Positions 20,978 to 30,801 of a stretch of 64,000 nt of DNA are shown here, piece by piece. This DNA comes from Candidatus Latescibacterota bacterium. GTDB taxonomy: Bacteria > Latescibacterota > UBA2968 > GCA-2709665. The first letter of the stretch is position 1, and every line of letters starts with the position of its first letter. The notes under the pieces were generated by a model, which was not told the DNA's origin, made no database searches, and worked only from the letters and a program-made list of their open reading frames with translations. Made by a program: the position numbers and the translations under genes. Where the stretch lies: assembly GCA_965237675.1 (NCBI GenBank), contig OZ250150.1, positions 1,312,001 through 1,376,000 of the forward strand, written 5' to 3'.

Positions 20978-23302
20978 TTAAACCAGCACCGGACCGTTCC
21001 TGTCGGACCAGTCCATTCTGATTCGATCCGCCTTCCCGTCCGGATGCGCGATGCGCACGTTCCAGGCCTCGCCCCGGCGGGTGATCCTTGAGGTGACGCC
21101 AGCGCTGACGCCGTCCGTGAAAGGCACGAGGGCGTAGCCGGTCCGGAAGGGCAGCGCCGTGCGTTTCTTGTAGACGACGACCGGCGCGGGAACGTCCTGC
21201 CCGCCGATCGCGAGCCAACCCTGTACCGGATCGTTCTGGCCGCAGACGACGCGGGGCGTCATCTTGACGAGGGGAAGGATTTCCAGATTGGGCGGATTCA
21301 TCCGGCCCGTACGGACGGCGCGGGTGTCCGGGTCGATCAGCACCCGGTAGGGCATGAAGTGGAAGAGGGCTTCATAGGTGCGGCGGCCTTCGCCCGTGAG
21401 TTCATCGAAAATCAGGAAGTAATCGGGCTTGACGAACATGACAATCCGGCGGTGGGCGACGGACGCGTCCAACCCGGCATACCCGGCATCGTATGTGGCG
21501 ATGGCGACGTCGGAGCGGTCATCCGAGCGCCACACGGTCTTGTCCCGGGCGGACTCAACCCATTCCGGGATGGTACGGGCCCGGCGGTTCTGGCCGCAGC
21601 CGTCCACCAGTACCGTGTTGTGCGCTTCGGTTGTCCTGTAGAACGAGGTCCACGCATTCGGGTAGTACGACGTAATACCGGGGTCCACGATGAAGGGCAG
21701 GCCGTGGGCGTAGAGATCGAAGGAGAGCATGTCTTCGTGCTGGTGAAAACGACCGAACGGGCCTCCTTCGAACAGGAGGTAGCGGGCGTCCCGATCCCAG
21801 CCGCTGCGCATGACGAAGTAACCGGAATCCCGGCGGGCGATCGAGGTGTAGCCCGGAACGCTGCCTTCTTCACCCTCGCTGGCGATCCATGTGGCGGCTT
21901 CGATGTTTAGGATGGCGCCCGGGTCGGCGAGAGCGCCTGCGTATTTTCCATCCAGGCTGCCGGCGTCGGAAATGGAGGGACAGGAAAAGTCGGGTCGGTT
22001 GATGGAGACGCACCAGTCGTACATGCGCCGGATGCCGGCTTCCAGTTCAGGATCCAGCGATCGGCCGAACTTTTCTGCCACCTTATAAGCATCCAGGAAC
22101 CAGGAGGCGATTGAGATCTGGTAGCCCGGGGTGAGTTCGTACGAGGCCCCGTCCGGCATGACCTGGATGTTCATGTCGTCCAAAAGACGCCGGCTGGCCG
22201 CGTCGTACCAGGCTTCGGCCGCTCGAAGTTCGGGGAAGGAGCAGGCGACGGCGAGAAGGGCCCTGCCTTCGGAGATGGTTTTGTTCGAAGGTGGAAAAGA
22301 TTCGAATTTCAGGAGGTAGACCGCGTGTTCGTAGACGGATTTGAGCAGATTCAGGATCGTCCGGTCTTCGGTTTCCGGGCAGTCGCACAGCACGGTGAAT
22401 GCGTCGACAAGCGTGCTGAACGCCCGCATGCTCACAATCAGAGAATGCCCCCAGGCCAGGCCGCCGGCGCGGACGCCGTAGGGCATGGGGGTCTTGCGCA
22501 TCCAGTCGCGCAGGATGGCTTCAATGCCTTTCGCGTATTTCGGATTTCGGGTCTTTTCCCACGCGGACTCGAGCGGTTTGAAGTACGAAAAAAAGTGGAT
22601 GATGATGGACCACTCGATGTATCCGTAAGGATTGGCGTCCCAGTCCACGCCGTCGGGCCAGTGGTGGCCCATAATGTGGCCGGCGAGGATGCGGTCCGCT
22701 TCTTCAATATTGGCCTCGGGATCGGGATCGGGTGTGACGTGGCGCCGGTCGAAGGCGCTGGAACGGAAGTGCGCCGCGATTGCGGCAAGCTGGGTCTCTC
22801 TGTTTGTGGCCTGTGCCGCAGCTTCGAGCCCGGGATGGCTCAAATCAACGGCGGCGACGAGGGCGTCATCCGTCATGCGCGGACCCTGGACGATCCGGCG
22901 CTGGATCAGACGGATATTTCGGATGCGGCTGCCGGGTGGCAGACGGATCTCGCCTGAGGACATGTCCCCCCACCCCGCGGACGGGATGCCCCGGGTGTAA
23001 AAACACTCGGCGGGAAATCGGAATTCCCGCCATCCCCGCCAGACGTTGCCGCCGCGGGGGGAGACGATGGCGTTGAAGTGATACCCGTCGTCTTCGCTCA
23101 TACCCTCGGTACGATGTCCCGAGGTGAGGGTACAATAGATCTGGTCGTCCACTCCCTCGGGCAGGAAAATCTCGGCGCGGATCCCGTTCGCCCGGCTCCA
23201 GTCGCCGGCTTCCATGGCGAGATCGATCCGTTCCCCCTGTTCGGCCTCCGACAGGTTCCATTCGGCTACGATGGCGTCATCCTGAAACCTGGATAGGTCC
23301 AT
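20978..23302 (-). CDS. Heparinase II/III-like polysaccharide lyase
   Basis: QVMPDG.SYELTPGY, SGYFVMRSGW, HQHED.LS, IVDPG, AHNTVLVDG; AAAGGAGG RBS. Confidence 0.85.
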   Translation of the reverse strand: MDLSRFQDDAIVAEWNLSEAEQGERIDLAMEAGDWSRANGIRAEIFLPEGVDDQIYCTLTSGHRTEGMSEDDGYHFNAIVSPRGGNVWRGWREFRFPAECFYTRGIPSAGWGDMSSGEIRLPPGSRIRNIRLIQRRIVQGPRMTDDALVAAVDLSHPGLEAAAQATNRETQLAAIAAHFRSSAFDRRHVTPDPDPEANIEEADRILAGHIMGHHWPDGVDWDANPYGYIEWSIIIHFFSYFKPLESAWEKTRNPKYAKGIEAILRDWMRKTPMPYGVRAGGLAWGHSLIVSMRAFSTLVDAFTVLCDCPETEDRTILNLLKSVYEHAVYLLKFESFPPSNKTISEGRALLAVACSFPELRAAEAWYDAASRRLLDDMNIQVMPDGASYELTPGYQISIASWFLDAYKVAEKFGRSLDPELEAGIRRMYDWCVSINRPDFSCPSISDAGSLDGKYAGALADPGAILNIEAATWIASEGEEGSVPGYTSIARRDSGYFVMRSGWDRDARYLLFEGGPFGRFHQHEDMLSFDLYAHGLPFIVDPGITSYYPNAWTSFYRTTEAHNTVLVDGCGQNRRARTIPEWVESARDKTVWRSDDRSDVAIATYDAGYAGLDASVAHRRIVMFVKPDYFLIFDELTGEGRRTYEALFHFMPYRVLIDPDTRAVRTGRMNPPNLEILPLVKMTPRVVCGQNDPVQGWLAIGGQDVPAPVVVYKKRTALPFRTGYALVPFTDGVSAGVTSRITRRGEAWNVRIAHPDGKADRIRMDWSDRNGPVLV

Positions 23303-23744
23303 GGCGCCTCCTTTCGATTGTGCCAATGTACGAAATGTGGGTCCGGTATTCAAGAATCATCCCACGCGCGGGAAGAACACCCCGTGAGCCCGAAATCCCG
23401 ACCGACTGTTCTCTCGGACATTTCAAGGGGAGGACAGGTTTAAGGCTTGCGCATTGTGTGTCTGGTGCATTTCTTATCGGTCATGGGCGAGGTCTCGTCA
23501 GTAACACGTTGGCAAGGGAAATCGCGAAATAGTCGGATTTTCACCACCCCCCTCTCCACCACCGGGCGGGCGAGAGGTAAGTAGAGAGGCCGCAAACCCA
23601 TTCGCCCCGTCATTGGATTATGTAGCGGCAACCCTTGTGGTTGCCCACGTCGCGGCGTGCATATCGCAGATTGACGTCGCCGGTCCGTATCGCTAACCGG
23701 TTTTAGCTGACTGCTGTCTGCTGATTGCTGTTTATGAGGTAATT

Positions 23745-24941
23745 ATGGGCATCCGTGTTGGGATCTGTGGGACCGGAGCGTTCGCGAATTCGTTCATCCC
23801 TCTTTTCAAGGCGCATCCGGAGGTGGACCACCTGGTATTGTGCGACCTGGACGCGGAGAAACTACGGGAGAAGTCAGCGCGTTTCGACGTTCCGGATACA
23901 TATCCGTCTCTCGATGCGCTGTGCGGATCCGAGGTCGATGCGATTGCGATTATCACCCAGCATCATCTGCACGGGCCCCAGGCGGTGCAGGCGTTGCGCA
24001 GCGGCAAGCATATTTACTCGGCGGTGCCGTCGGCGGTGAGCCTGGATGAGGTCTCCGAGCTTGTACAGGCCGTGGAGGAGACCGGTTTGATCTATATGAT
24101 TGGCGAGACGAGTTACTATTACCCGTGTACGATCTACTGCCGGGATCGTTTTCAGACGGGAGATTTCGGACATGTCGTTTACGGGGAGGCGGAGTATTAC
24201 CACGATTATTTTCATGGACTGTATGCGGTGTCGCAATGGCGGCACGGCGACCAATGGAAGCGGTATTACGGGGCGCCGCCCCTCTATTATCCCACCCATT
24301 CCACGAGTATGATCGTGTCGGTCACCGGGGCGCACGCCACGCACGTGAGTGGAATGGGGTTTGAGGACCGCCATGAAGATAATCTATATGCGCGTGAAGA
24401 CAATGTCTGGAAGAACCCGTTCAGCAACCAGACGATGTTGTGCAAGATGTCGGATGGGAGTATGGCGCGTTTCAACGAGTTCCGGCGGATCGGACATCCG
24501 GGCACGGTGGGGATGAGTCTGTATGGAACGGAAGCCGGATACGAGGAGCAGGTGGGCGGGAATGTCTGGATCACTAAGGACCGGAAAACGTGCGTGGATT
24601 TGACGGCGGAATTGTCGTGTGAAGGCGTGCCGGCCGGACCGGCCGACGACCCGATGGGCGCGGTCACGGGAGATGATGGCACGCACCAGGGGGTGTCGCG
24701 GGTACATCCGGTACACCGGCTGCCGAGGGAGTTTATCGGCCTGGGAAACGGGCACAAAGGTGCCCATCAGTTCCTGGTGCATGATTTCGTGACGTCGTGT
24801 GTGACGGGCGAAACGCCGCCGAATAATGTTTGGCAGGCGACGCGGTACCTGGTCCCGGGGTTGGTGGCGCACGAGTCCGCGATGAATGGAGGCGCGTTAA
24901 CGGCAGTGCCCGATTTTGGCGACGGCACGAAAGAGCCGTGA
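23745..24941 (+). CDS. Gfo/Idh/MocA oxidoreductase
   Basis: VGICGTGAFA Rossmann start; ALRSGKHIYSAVP. Confidence 0.88.
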   Translation: MGIRVGICGTGAFANSFIPLFKAHPEVDHLVLCDLDAEKLREKSARFDVPDTYPSLDALCGSEVDAIAIITQHHLHGPQAVQALRSGKHIYSAVPSAVSLDEVSELVQAVEETGLIYMIGETSYYYPCTIYCRDRFQTGDFGHVVYGEAEYYHDYFHGLYAVSQWRHGDQWKRYYGAPPLYYPTHSTSMIVSVTGAHATHVSGMGFEDRHEDNLYAREDNVWKNPFSNQTMLCKMSDGSMARFNEFRRIGHPGTVGMSLYGTEAGYEEQVGGNVWITKDRKTCVDLTAELSCEGVPAGPADDPMGAVTGDDGTHQGVSRVHPVHRLPREFIGLGNGHKGAHQFLVHDFVTSCVTGETPPNNVWQATRYLVPGLVAHESAMNGGALTAVPDFGDGTKEP

Positions 24942-25160
24942 GAGGTAAGACGCAAGAGGGCAGGAAACGGCAGGAGATCAGCACCTGGAACCAGGCGGGT
25001 GAGGGCCGGCACGTCACAAAAAGCGGCCAGCCTTCTGCTCTCAGCGGTCAGATCACCCATTATCTCCACCACCGAGGTGCAAGAGGCGAACCTGGAAAGG
25101 AAGTGAACATTAAAGAGACGCATGGTTGTTCTTTCAGGCTGTCTTTACGGGAGAAATATC

Positions 25161-25478
25161 GTGATTAAGCGAACTTCAGGAGAGGGATGGGCGTTTGTTT
25201 CCGAGGATGTGTTTGACACTGACGAGGAAGTGCTGGTCTCCCGCGCGCCGGAGGAGCAGCGGATTCGGATTTCGCTGGAGAAACGGAAGAGGGGCAAGGT
25301 GGTGACGCTGGCTGGCGGTCTGGTGCTGGCGAAGGGAGATATGAAGGATCTGGCGCGGGCCTTGCGAGAAGCGTGTGGAACGGGCGGGACGTTTCGGCGG
25401 GATACGATTGAGTTGCAGGGAGATTGCCGGCAAAAGGTTCGCGCCTGGCTGGTGGAGAATGGTTGGGGGGTTCGATAG
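25161..25478 (+). CDS. yciH: SUI1/YciH translation factor
   Basis: RRISLEKRKRGKVVT-like basic segment, ACGTGGT, IELQGD. Confidence 0.8.
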   Translation: MIKRTSGEGWAFVSEDVFDTDEEVLVSRAPEEQRIRISLEKRKRGKVVTLAGGLVLAKGDMKDLARALREACGTGGTFRRDTIELQGDCRQKVRAWLVENGWGVR

Positions 25479-25763
25479 TGGAAGCGACACGAAGGACGCG
25501 GGACGGGAACGGAACACGAGCCCTCGCCCGCTGATCACTGACCGCTGTCAGCCGCCCGGGGCGGAAAGGTGCGGCCCTCTTACGTCTCCCGTCTACCCTC
25601 TCACTGCATGAATTGACCCATCGCAAATCACTGACTGCTAACCTGAATACTTCATGAATTGTCACGGATTGCAGTTTCACGAAGCAGAAACAGCTTCCGA
25701 GTGAATAGAGAAAGTGAATCCCCATGTGTAATACATTCTGGAGTTGGATCGTTTGAAACAGAC

Positions 25764-26017
25764 GAGACCTACCCCCTAACCCCCTTCCTGAGAGGAAGGG
25801 GGAACTGTGATCGGCTGATGAACGGTTGGATTGGATGAAGGCGTTTCGATTGATGAAAAATCCGGTCGAAACCTGGTGATTGGTCGGCGAGTTGCGCTTG
25901 GGAAAGTGACGAGATGGCGTTCTCCAATCAATCAGAGCTTATATAATACAGCATTTACGTAACGCTTAGATCAACTCCCCCTCTCCTGCAGGAGCGGGGG
26001 TCGGGGGGAGAGGTCTC
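25764..26017. repeat. Inverted pair of C/G-rich palindromes around about 170 bp of non-coding DNA
   Basis: GAGACCTACCCCCTAACCCCCTTCC..GGAAGGGGG versus CTCCCCCTCTCC..GGAGCGGGGGTCGGGGGGAGAGGTCTC. Confidence 0.7.
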
Positions 26018-26063
26018 TTTCACTGACTGCTAACAGTGCAACACTCATAGTGGAGAATTCAAA

Positions 26064-27602
26064 ATGGCCACGGTAGATTGCGATGCGGTGATCCTGGGAG
26101 GCGGGCATAACGGGCTTGTTGCGGCGTCCTACCTCGCGGATGCCGGAATGGATGTGCTGTTACTGGAACGGCGGGACCTCCTGGGCGGCGCTTGTACGAC
26201 CGAAGAACTCTTTCCCGGTTACCGGTTTTCGTCCTGCTCCTACATTTGCCACCTGTTGCAGGACCGGGTGATCGACGAGTTGGAGCTGCGAGAACACGGG
26301 TTCGACGTCTATCACCTGGACCCGTCCCGGTATCAGCCCTTCCCCGATGGCTCCGCCCTCCGCCTCTGGGACGACGTGGAACGCAGCCAGGCGGAACTCG
26401 CCCGATTCTCGCGCCGGGACGCTGAGGCCTATCCGGATTGGCTTTCCTTCTGGGAACGTGCCGCCGGTATCCTCTATCCCTATTTTCTGACGCCGCCGCC
26501 CACGATCAGCGAGATTGCCTCGCGGGTGAGGGGAACGCCGGATGAGGCGCTTCTGGACCGCCTGCTGACGACGAGCATGGCCGATATCGTGACGGACTAT
26601 TTCGAATCCGACCACGCGCAGGGCGCGTTTATCCAGGCGCAGGACGTGGGCGATCCCGCGGCGACCGGCAGCGCATGGTGTTATGCGTATATCAAATGCA
26701 ACGTGTTCGGCCGGCCGGAGAACATTGGCATTGTGAAGGGGGGAATGGGCGGAATCGCCAACGCCCTCGCGAGGGCGGCACGGGCGCGTGGAGCGGTGTT
26801 GCAGACAGGCGCCGAGGTGTCAAGAATCCTGGTCAGAAACGGAAGCGCGTGTGGTGTGGCGCTTGCCGACGGCACGGAGATTCGCAGCCGGATCGTGGTC
26901 TCCAACGCGGATCCGAAACGCACGTTTCTGAAGCTGCTGCCGGCCGAGGCGCTGGATGCGCGATTCCTGGCCAGGGCGGGCCGTCTGAAGACCAGAACGG
27001 CCTATCTGAAATTCCACGCGGCGCTCACGGGCTTGCCGGATTTCGCGCGGGGCGAATCGGATTTTGATCCGCGCTGGATGGCCGAGATTAAAATATGCCC
27101 GTCCATTGACTACTTCGCCCGCGCCTGGGACGACGCCCGGCGTGGAGATCCCGCCAGGGAACCGGTGATGGAAGTGCAGATTCCATCGGTCTTCGACGAC
27201 ACGATGGCGCCGCCTGGCCACCATGTGATGTCCGTCTGGGTCCTGTATGCGCCCGTGCGCCCTCGCGACGGCACCTGGGAGGAGAGACGGGAAGAGGTGG
27301 GCGAACGGCTGATCGATACGCTGTCGGTCTATGCGCCGAACCTTCGGGATATTATGGTGGACTGGTCTCTCTTCACGCCCCACGACCTGGAGGACCGGGT
27401 GGGCCTTACCGACGGCAATATCAGGCATCTGGACATCGTGCCGGACCAGTTCCTGGCGCAGCGGCCGCTTGGCGGATGGGCGCACTACGCGACGCCGATT
27501 CAGAACCTCTATCTCTGCGGTGCGGGCACCCACCCCGGTGGCGAGGTGACCGGGGCCCCGGGGCACAATGCAGCAAAGGCCATACTGGAGGATTGGGGGT
27601 AG
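26064..27602 (+). CDS. FAD-dependent oxidoreductase, phytoene desaturase/PYROXD2-like
   Basis: GGGHNGLVAA, LGGAC.TEE, GGMG, LYLCGAGTHPGG.VTGAPGHNAA. Confidence 0.9.
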   Translation: MATVDCDAVILGGGHNGLVAASYLADAGMDVLLLERRDLLGGACTTEELFPGYRFSSCSYICHLLQDRVIDELELREHGFDVYHLDPSRYQPFPDGSALRLWDDVERSQAELARFSRRDAEAYPDWLSFWERAAGILYPYFLTPPPTISEIASRVRGTPDEALLDRLLTTSMADIVTDYFESDHAQGAFIQAQDVGDPAATGSAWCYAYIKCNVFGRPENIGIVKGGMGGIANALARAARARGAVLQTGAEVSRILVRNGSACGVALADGTEIRSRIVVSNADPKRTFLKLLPAEALDARFLARAGRLKTRTAYLKFHAALTGLPDFARGESDFDPRWMAEIKICPSIDYFARAWDDARRGDPAREPVMEVQIPSVFDDTMAPPGHHVMSVWVLYAPVRPRDGTWEERREEVGERLIDTLSVYAPNLRDIMVDWSLFTPHDLEDRVGLTDGNIRHLDIVPDQFLAQRPLGGWAHYATPIQNLYLCGAGTHPGGEVTGAPGHNAAKAILEDWG

Positions 27603-27675
27603 TGGCCACTTGAGTGCTCTCAGCCTGAAGCTTGACTCAAATGCAACAAAATTCGCCCACCCTGCAGGCTAGAGG

Positions 27676-29019
27676 TCAGAATCGGAGGGTAAATACGGTT
27701 TCTTCTTCGGGTGTGGACCGGACACTGATGCCGCCGCGGTGCTGGCGCATAATCTGGCGGCACAGCGACAGACCGATACCCGATCCTTCGCGTCTGGTGG
27801 TAAAGAACGGGATGAAGATGCGCTCCTGCACGTCTTCGAGGATGCCCGGTCCGTTGTCCCGTACTCGGATGAGTACCCGGCCTCTTCGGTCGAGAAGGGC
27901 AACCAGGTCGATGCGGGCCCCGTCGCGTCCGTCCAGCGCGTGCATGGCGTTGCGCAGAAGATTGATGAGCACCTGCTCGATGAGGTCGGGGTCGGCCGTG
28001 GCCTCGAGAGACTCGGGATCGACTTCAGTGCGCAGCGCGATGCGTTTTCTCTCGCATTCCGGTTGCATGAGAGACACAACGCGGTCGAAGAGTTCGGCGA
28101 CCGGACAGATTTGAAAGTCCGGGCTGGGTATCCGCGTGAGCTGGCGATAGGTGTCCACAAAGTGTTGCAAACCTTCGCTGCGGGATTGTATGGTCTCAAG
28201 GGCGGCGTGCACGTCTGTCACGGTTTGGGGATCGAGCGACGACGCGCGTCCGGGTTCGGGAAAATGGCCGCGCACGGTTGAAGCGAGGGACGAAATGGGA
28301 GTGATCGAGTTCATGATTTCGTGGATAAGCACGCGGATGAGTTTCTGCCACGCCTCTATTTCCTGCTCTTCGAGTTCGCTCTGTATGTCCTGTACTGAGG
28401 CCAGAATATACGTATCGCCCCGCATTCGAATCTCGGTGCCGTGGATGATGATCTGCAGAAGTTCGTCCTCGTCCTGAACTTTGACCAGGGTTCTGTCGCC
28501 CGGGCGAAGGCCGAGCAATGTTTCAGAGAGGATTTTGCTTACCGGTTCAAGTTCGTGCACATTGTGGATATGGGGTCTGCGAAGCAGGCGCTGGGCCGCG
28601 GTGTTCATCAGTTCGATGCGTCCGTTGGGATCGTAACAGACCAGTCCCACGCCCACGTGTTGGACCACGGTCTGGAGGTATTGGAAGTTTTCTTCTTTTT
28701 CCGCCCGTGTCCTCCGGAAGGCGTTCAACACGTCGTTGAACGCCTTCCGGAGGTCGTCGAAAGCGGACCCGAGTCCGCGGCCGCTGAAGGATTGGGAGAA
28801 GTCTTCGTACCGGATGGCCTGCAAAAAGCGGGTGAGATCCCGGTTCGTGCGCTCCACGTAGTGGATGAGGGCATAGGCCTGGTAGAGCGCGATGCCGGCA
28901 AGGATGATGACGGTGGTGTAGTACGACGTCTGAAAGAGGACGAACACAAGGGCGCAGATCGTGGCGCACAGAAAGGCCACCCGCACGATGCAGAGCGTCC
29001 GGAAGTGTCTATAGACCAT
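27676..29019 (-). CDS. Sensor histidine kinase
   Basis: Two N-terminal TM segments, PAS-like region, HEIMNS H-box, NLLRNA, DNGPGI, GSGIGLS. Confidence 0.93.
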   Translation of the reverse strand: MVYRHFRTLCIVRVAFLCATICALVFVLFQTSYYTTVIILAGIALYQAYALIHYVERTNRDLTRFLQAIRYEDFSQSFSGRGLGSAFDDLRKAFNDVLNAFRRTRAEKEENFQYLQTVVQHVGVGLVCYDPNGRIELMNTAAQRLLRRPHIHNVHELEPVSKILSETLLGLRPGDRTLVKVQDEDELLQIIIHGTEIRMRGDTYILASVQDIQSELEEQEIEAWQKLIRVLIHEIMNSITPISSLASTVRGHFPEPGRASSLDPQTVTDVHAALETIQSRSEGLQHFVDTYRQLTRIPSPDFQICPVAELFDRVVSLMQPECERKRIALRTEVDPESLEATADPDLIEQVLINLLRNAMHALDGRDGARIDLVALLDRRGRVLIRVRDNGPGILEDVQERIFIPFFTTRREGSGIGLSLCRQIMRQHRGGISVRSTPEEETVFTLRF

Positions 29020-30385
29020 ATTTTTCCAGCCTGCGGTATAAAGCGCTGCGTGTGATGCCCAGTTCCCGGGCGGTGTGGCTGATGTTGCCTTTATACTTCT
29101 CGATGGCTTTGCGAATCGCGGTCTTCTCGATGCGTTCGAGGTTGAAGTCTTCGCAGTGGATGTGGTCGCCCGTGGTGGTTTCTGATGTGCTGAGCGGAAA
29201 GTCCGCCGGTTGCAGCGTGCCGTTTTCGTTCATGATGACGGCGCGCTCGATGGCATGCTGGAGTTCGCGGACGTTTCCTGGCCAGGAATAGGTTTTGAGT
29301 TTTTCCATGGTGCGGGGATGCAGGCCGATGCGGTGCTTTTTGTATTTCCTGCAATACCTGTCCAGGAAATTGCCGACGAGGAGCGGCAGGTCTTCGCCGC
29401 GGTCCCGGAGCGGCGGCAACTGGATTTCAACGGTGTTGATGCGGTAGAGCAGGTCCTGGCGGAATTCGTTCCGGGTGGCCAGTTCGTGGATGGGCGTATT
29501 GGTGGCGCAGACGAGCCTGATATCGATCGGGACGGGCTTGTTGGTGCCCAGACGAAAAACGGTGCGTTTTTCGAGTACGGTGAGCAGTTTGGCCTGAAGC
29601 GGTAAAGAGAGGTTGCCGATTTCATCCAGGAAGAACGTTCCGCCCGACGCGGTTTCAAACCGCCCCGCCCTGCCTTCTTTGGCGTCTGTAAAGGCGCCTT
29701 TTTTGTGCCCGAAAAGTTCGCTCTCGAAAAGGGTCTCGGGGACGGCGCCGAGGTCGACGTGGATGAAGACCTGGTCCGCGCGGCCGGATCTCCGGTGAAG
29801 GGCGCGCGCAACCGCGTCTTTGCCCGTTCCGTTGTCGCCCAGGATGAGCACGTTGGCGTCGGTGGCGGCGACCTTCCGGATGGTTTCGAAGACTTCGCGC
29901 ATGACCGGCGAGACGGCCACGATGCCGGGAAACTGCCTGTCCAGGTCGGCGTGGAGTTGCTTCTGGCGAGAGCGAAGCCGAACGACGTCGAGGCGCGACC
30001 GGCGGAGGCTGGCTGCCGAGGACAGCGTGGCCAGCAGTTTCTCGTTCTGCCAGGGTTTGAGGACGAAGTCAGTCGCGCCTTCCTTGATGGCCTGCACAGC
30101 CGTCTTGACGTCGCCGAACGCCGTGATGAGGACGACCACGGCGGAAGGATCGATCTCCAGAATCCGCCGCAGCCAGTGAAACCCTTCCCTCCCCGAGGTG
30201 GCGTCCCGGGCAAAGTTCATATCCAGGAGGATCACGTCGTAGGCGTCGTTCTGCAGCAGTTCGGGAATACGGTCGGGATCGGTTTCGGTATCCACCCGCC
30301 CGGCGTGCTGCTTGAGAAAGAGCTGTGCGGCCAACAGCACGTCGCGGTCGTCGTCGACAATAAGGATCTTATCGAATGATTTCAT
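29009..30385 (-). CDS. Sigma54-dependent response regulator (NtrC family)
   Basis: Receiver domain, GDNGTGK, ESELFGH..GAFTDA, FLDEI, WPGNVREL, Fis-type HTH. Confidence 0.95.
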   Translation of the reverse strand: MKSFDKILIVDDDRDVLLAAQLFLKQHAGRVDTETDPDRIPELLQNDAYDVILLDMNFARDATSGREGFHWLRRILEIDPSAVVVLITAFGDVKTAVQAIKEGATDFVLKPWQNEKLLATLSSAASLRRSRLDVVRLRSRQKQLHADLDRQFPGIVAVSPVMREVFETIRKVAATDANVLILGDNGTGKDAVARALHRRSGRADQVFIHVDLGAVPETLFESELFGHKKGAFTDAKEGRAGRFETASGGTFFLDEIGNLSLPLQAKLLTVLEKRTVFRLGTNKPVPIDIRLVCATNTPIHELATRNEFRQDLLYRINTVEIQLPPLRDRGEDLPLLVGNFLDRYCRKYKKHRIGLHPRTMEKLKTYSWPGNVRELQHAIERAVIMNENGTLQPADFPLSTSETTTGDHIHCEDFNLERIEKTAIRKAIEKYKGNISHTARELGITRSALYRRLEKYGL

Positions 30386-30497
30386 TGAAGCCTCATGCGT
30401 TCAGGCATGAATAGGCAGACGATACCCGAACGCGGGAACCCGCGCGAAGGGTACGACGACCAATCATGCTGGAAATGTCTCATTCCTTAACAAGAGG

Positions 30498-30513
30498 TGC
30501 ATTTTTCGTGCCA
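30498..30513 (-). promoter_or_regulatory. Sigma54 -24/-12 promoter for the regulator-kinase operon
   Basis: TGGCACG-AAAA-ATGCA on the minus strand. Confidence 0.65.
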
Positions 30514-30600
30514 ATATGCCTCTTGAATCGAATTTGCGTACAACCATAATGATCACAGAGACTTATCCTGTCAAGCAGTTCGAGGGCCGGCGTCTCTTAT

Positions 30601-30717
30601 GTGTTCAATTTCGAACACTGCTGTATCATTATCGGACACTTAAAGGCTGGCTTTTTCGACGGAACAGTGCTAAGTACCTGTAAAATCGGGCGAAAAGCAC
30701 GTGGCACGCCTGTTGCT
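30601..30717 (+). promoter_or_regulatory. Tandem-palindrome enhancer (30601-30640) plus sigma54 promoter (30702-30717)
   Basis: TGGCACG-CCTG-TTGCT; the 40-bp motif recurs at 50241 and 53593. Confidence 0.85.
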
Positions 30718-30801
30718 TCAGGTACGGATGGATCAGCGTGTCGCCAGGGAGTGCAATGCGGGCGCGGGCATTGTCGGTTACAACCAGAAAGGAGTCGGGT
30801 G

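Noticed and set aside
30601-30801. N-terminal extension of permease 1 given by the ORF track (similarly tmk from 7129 and permease 2 from 33603)
   Set aside because: The extensions overlap a promoter, an upstream gene or repeats; paralog alignment and RBS support the later starts
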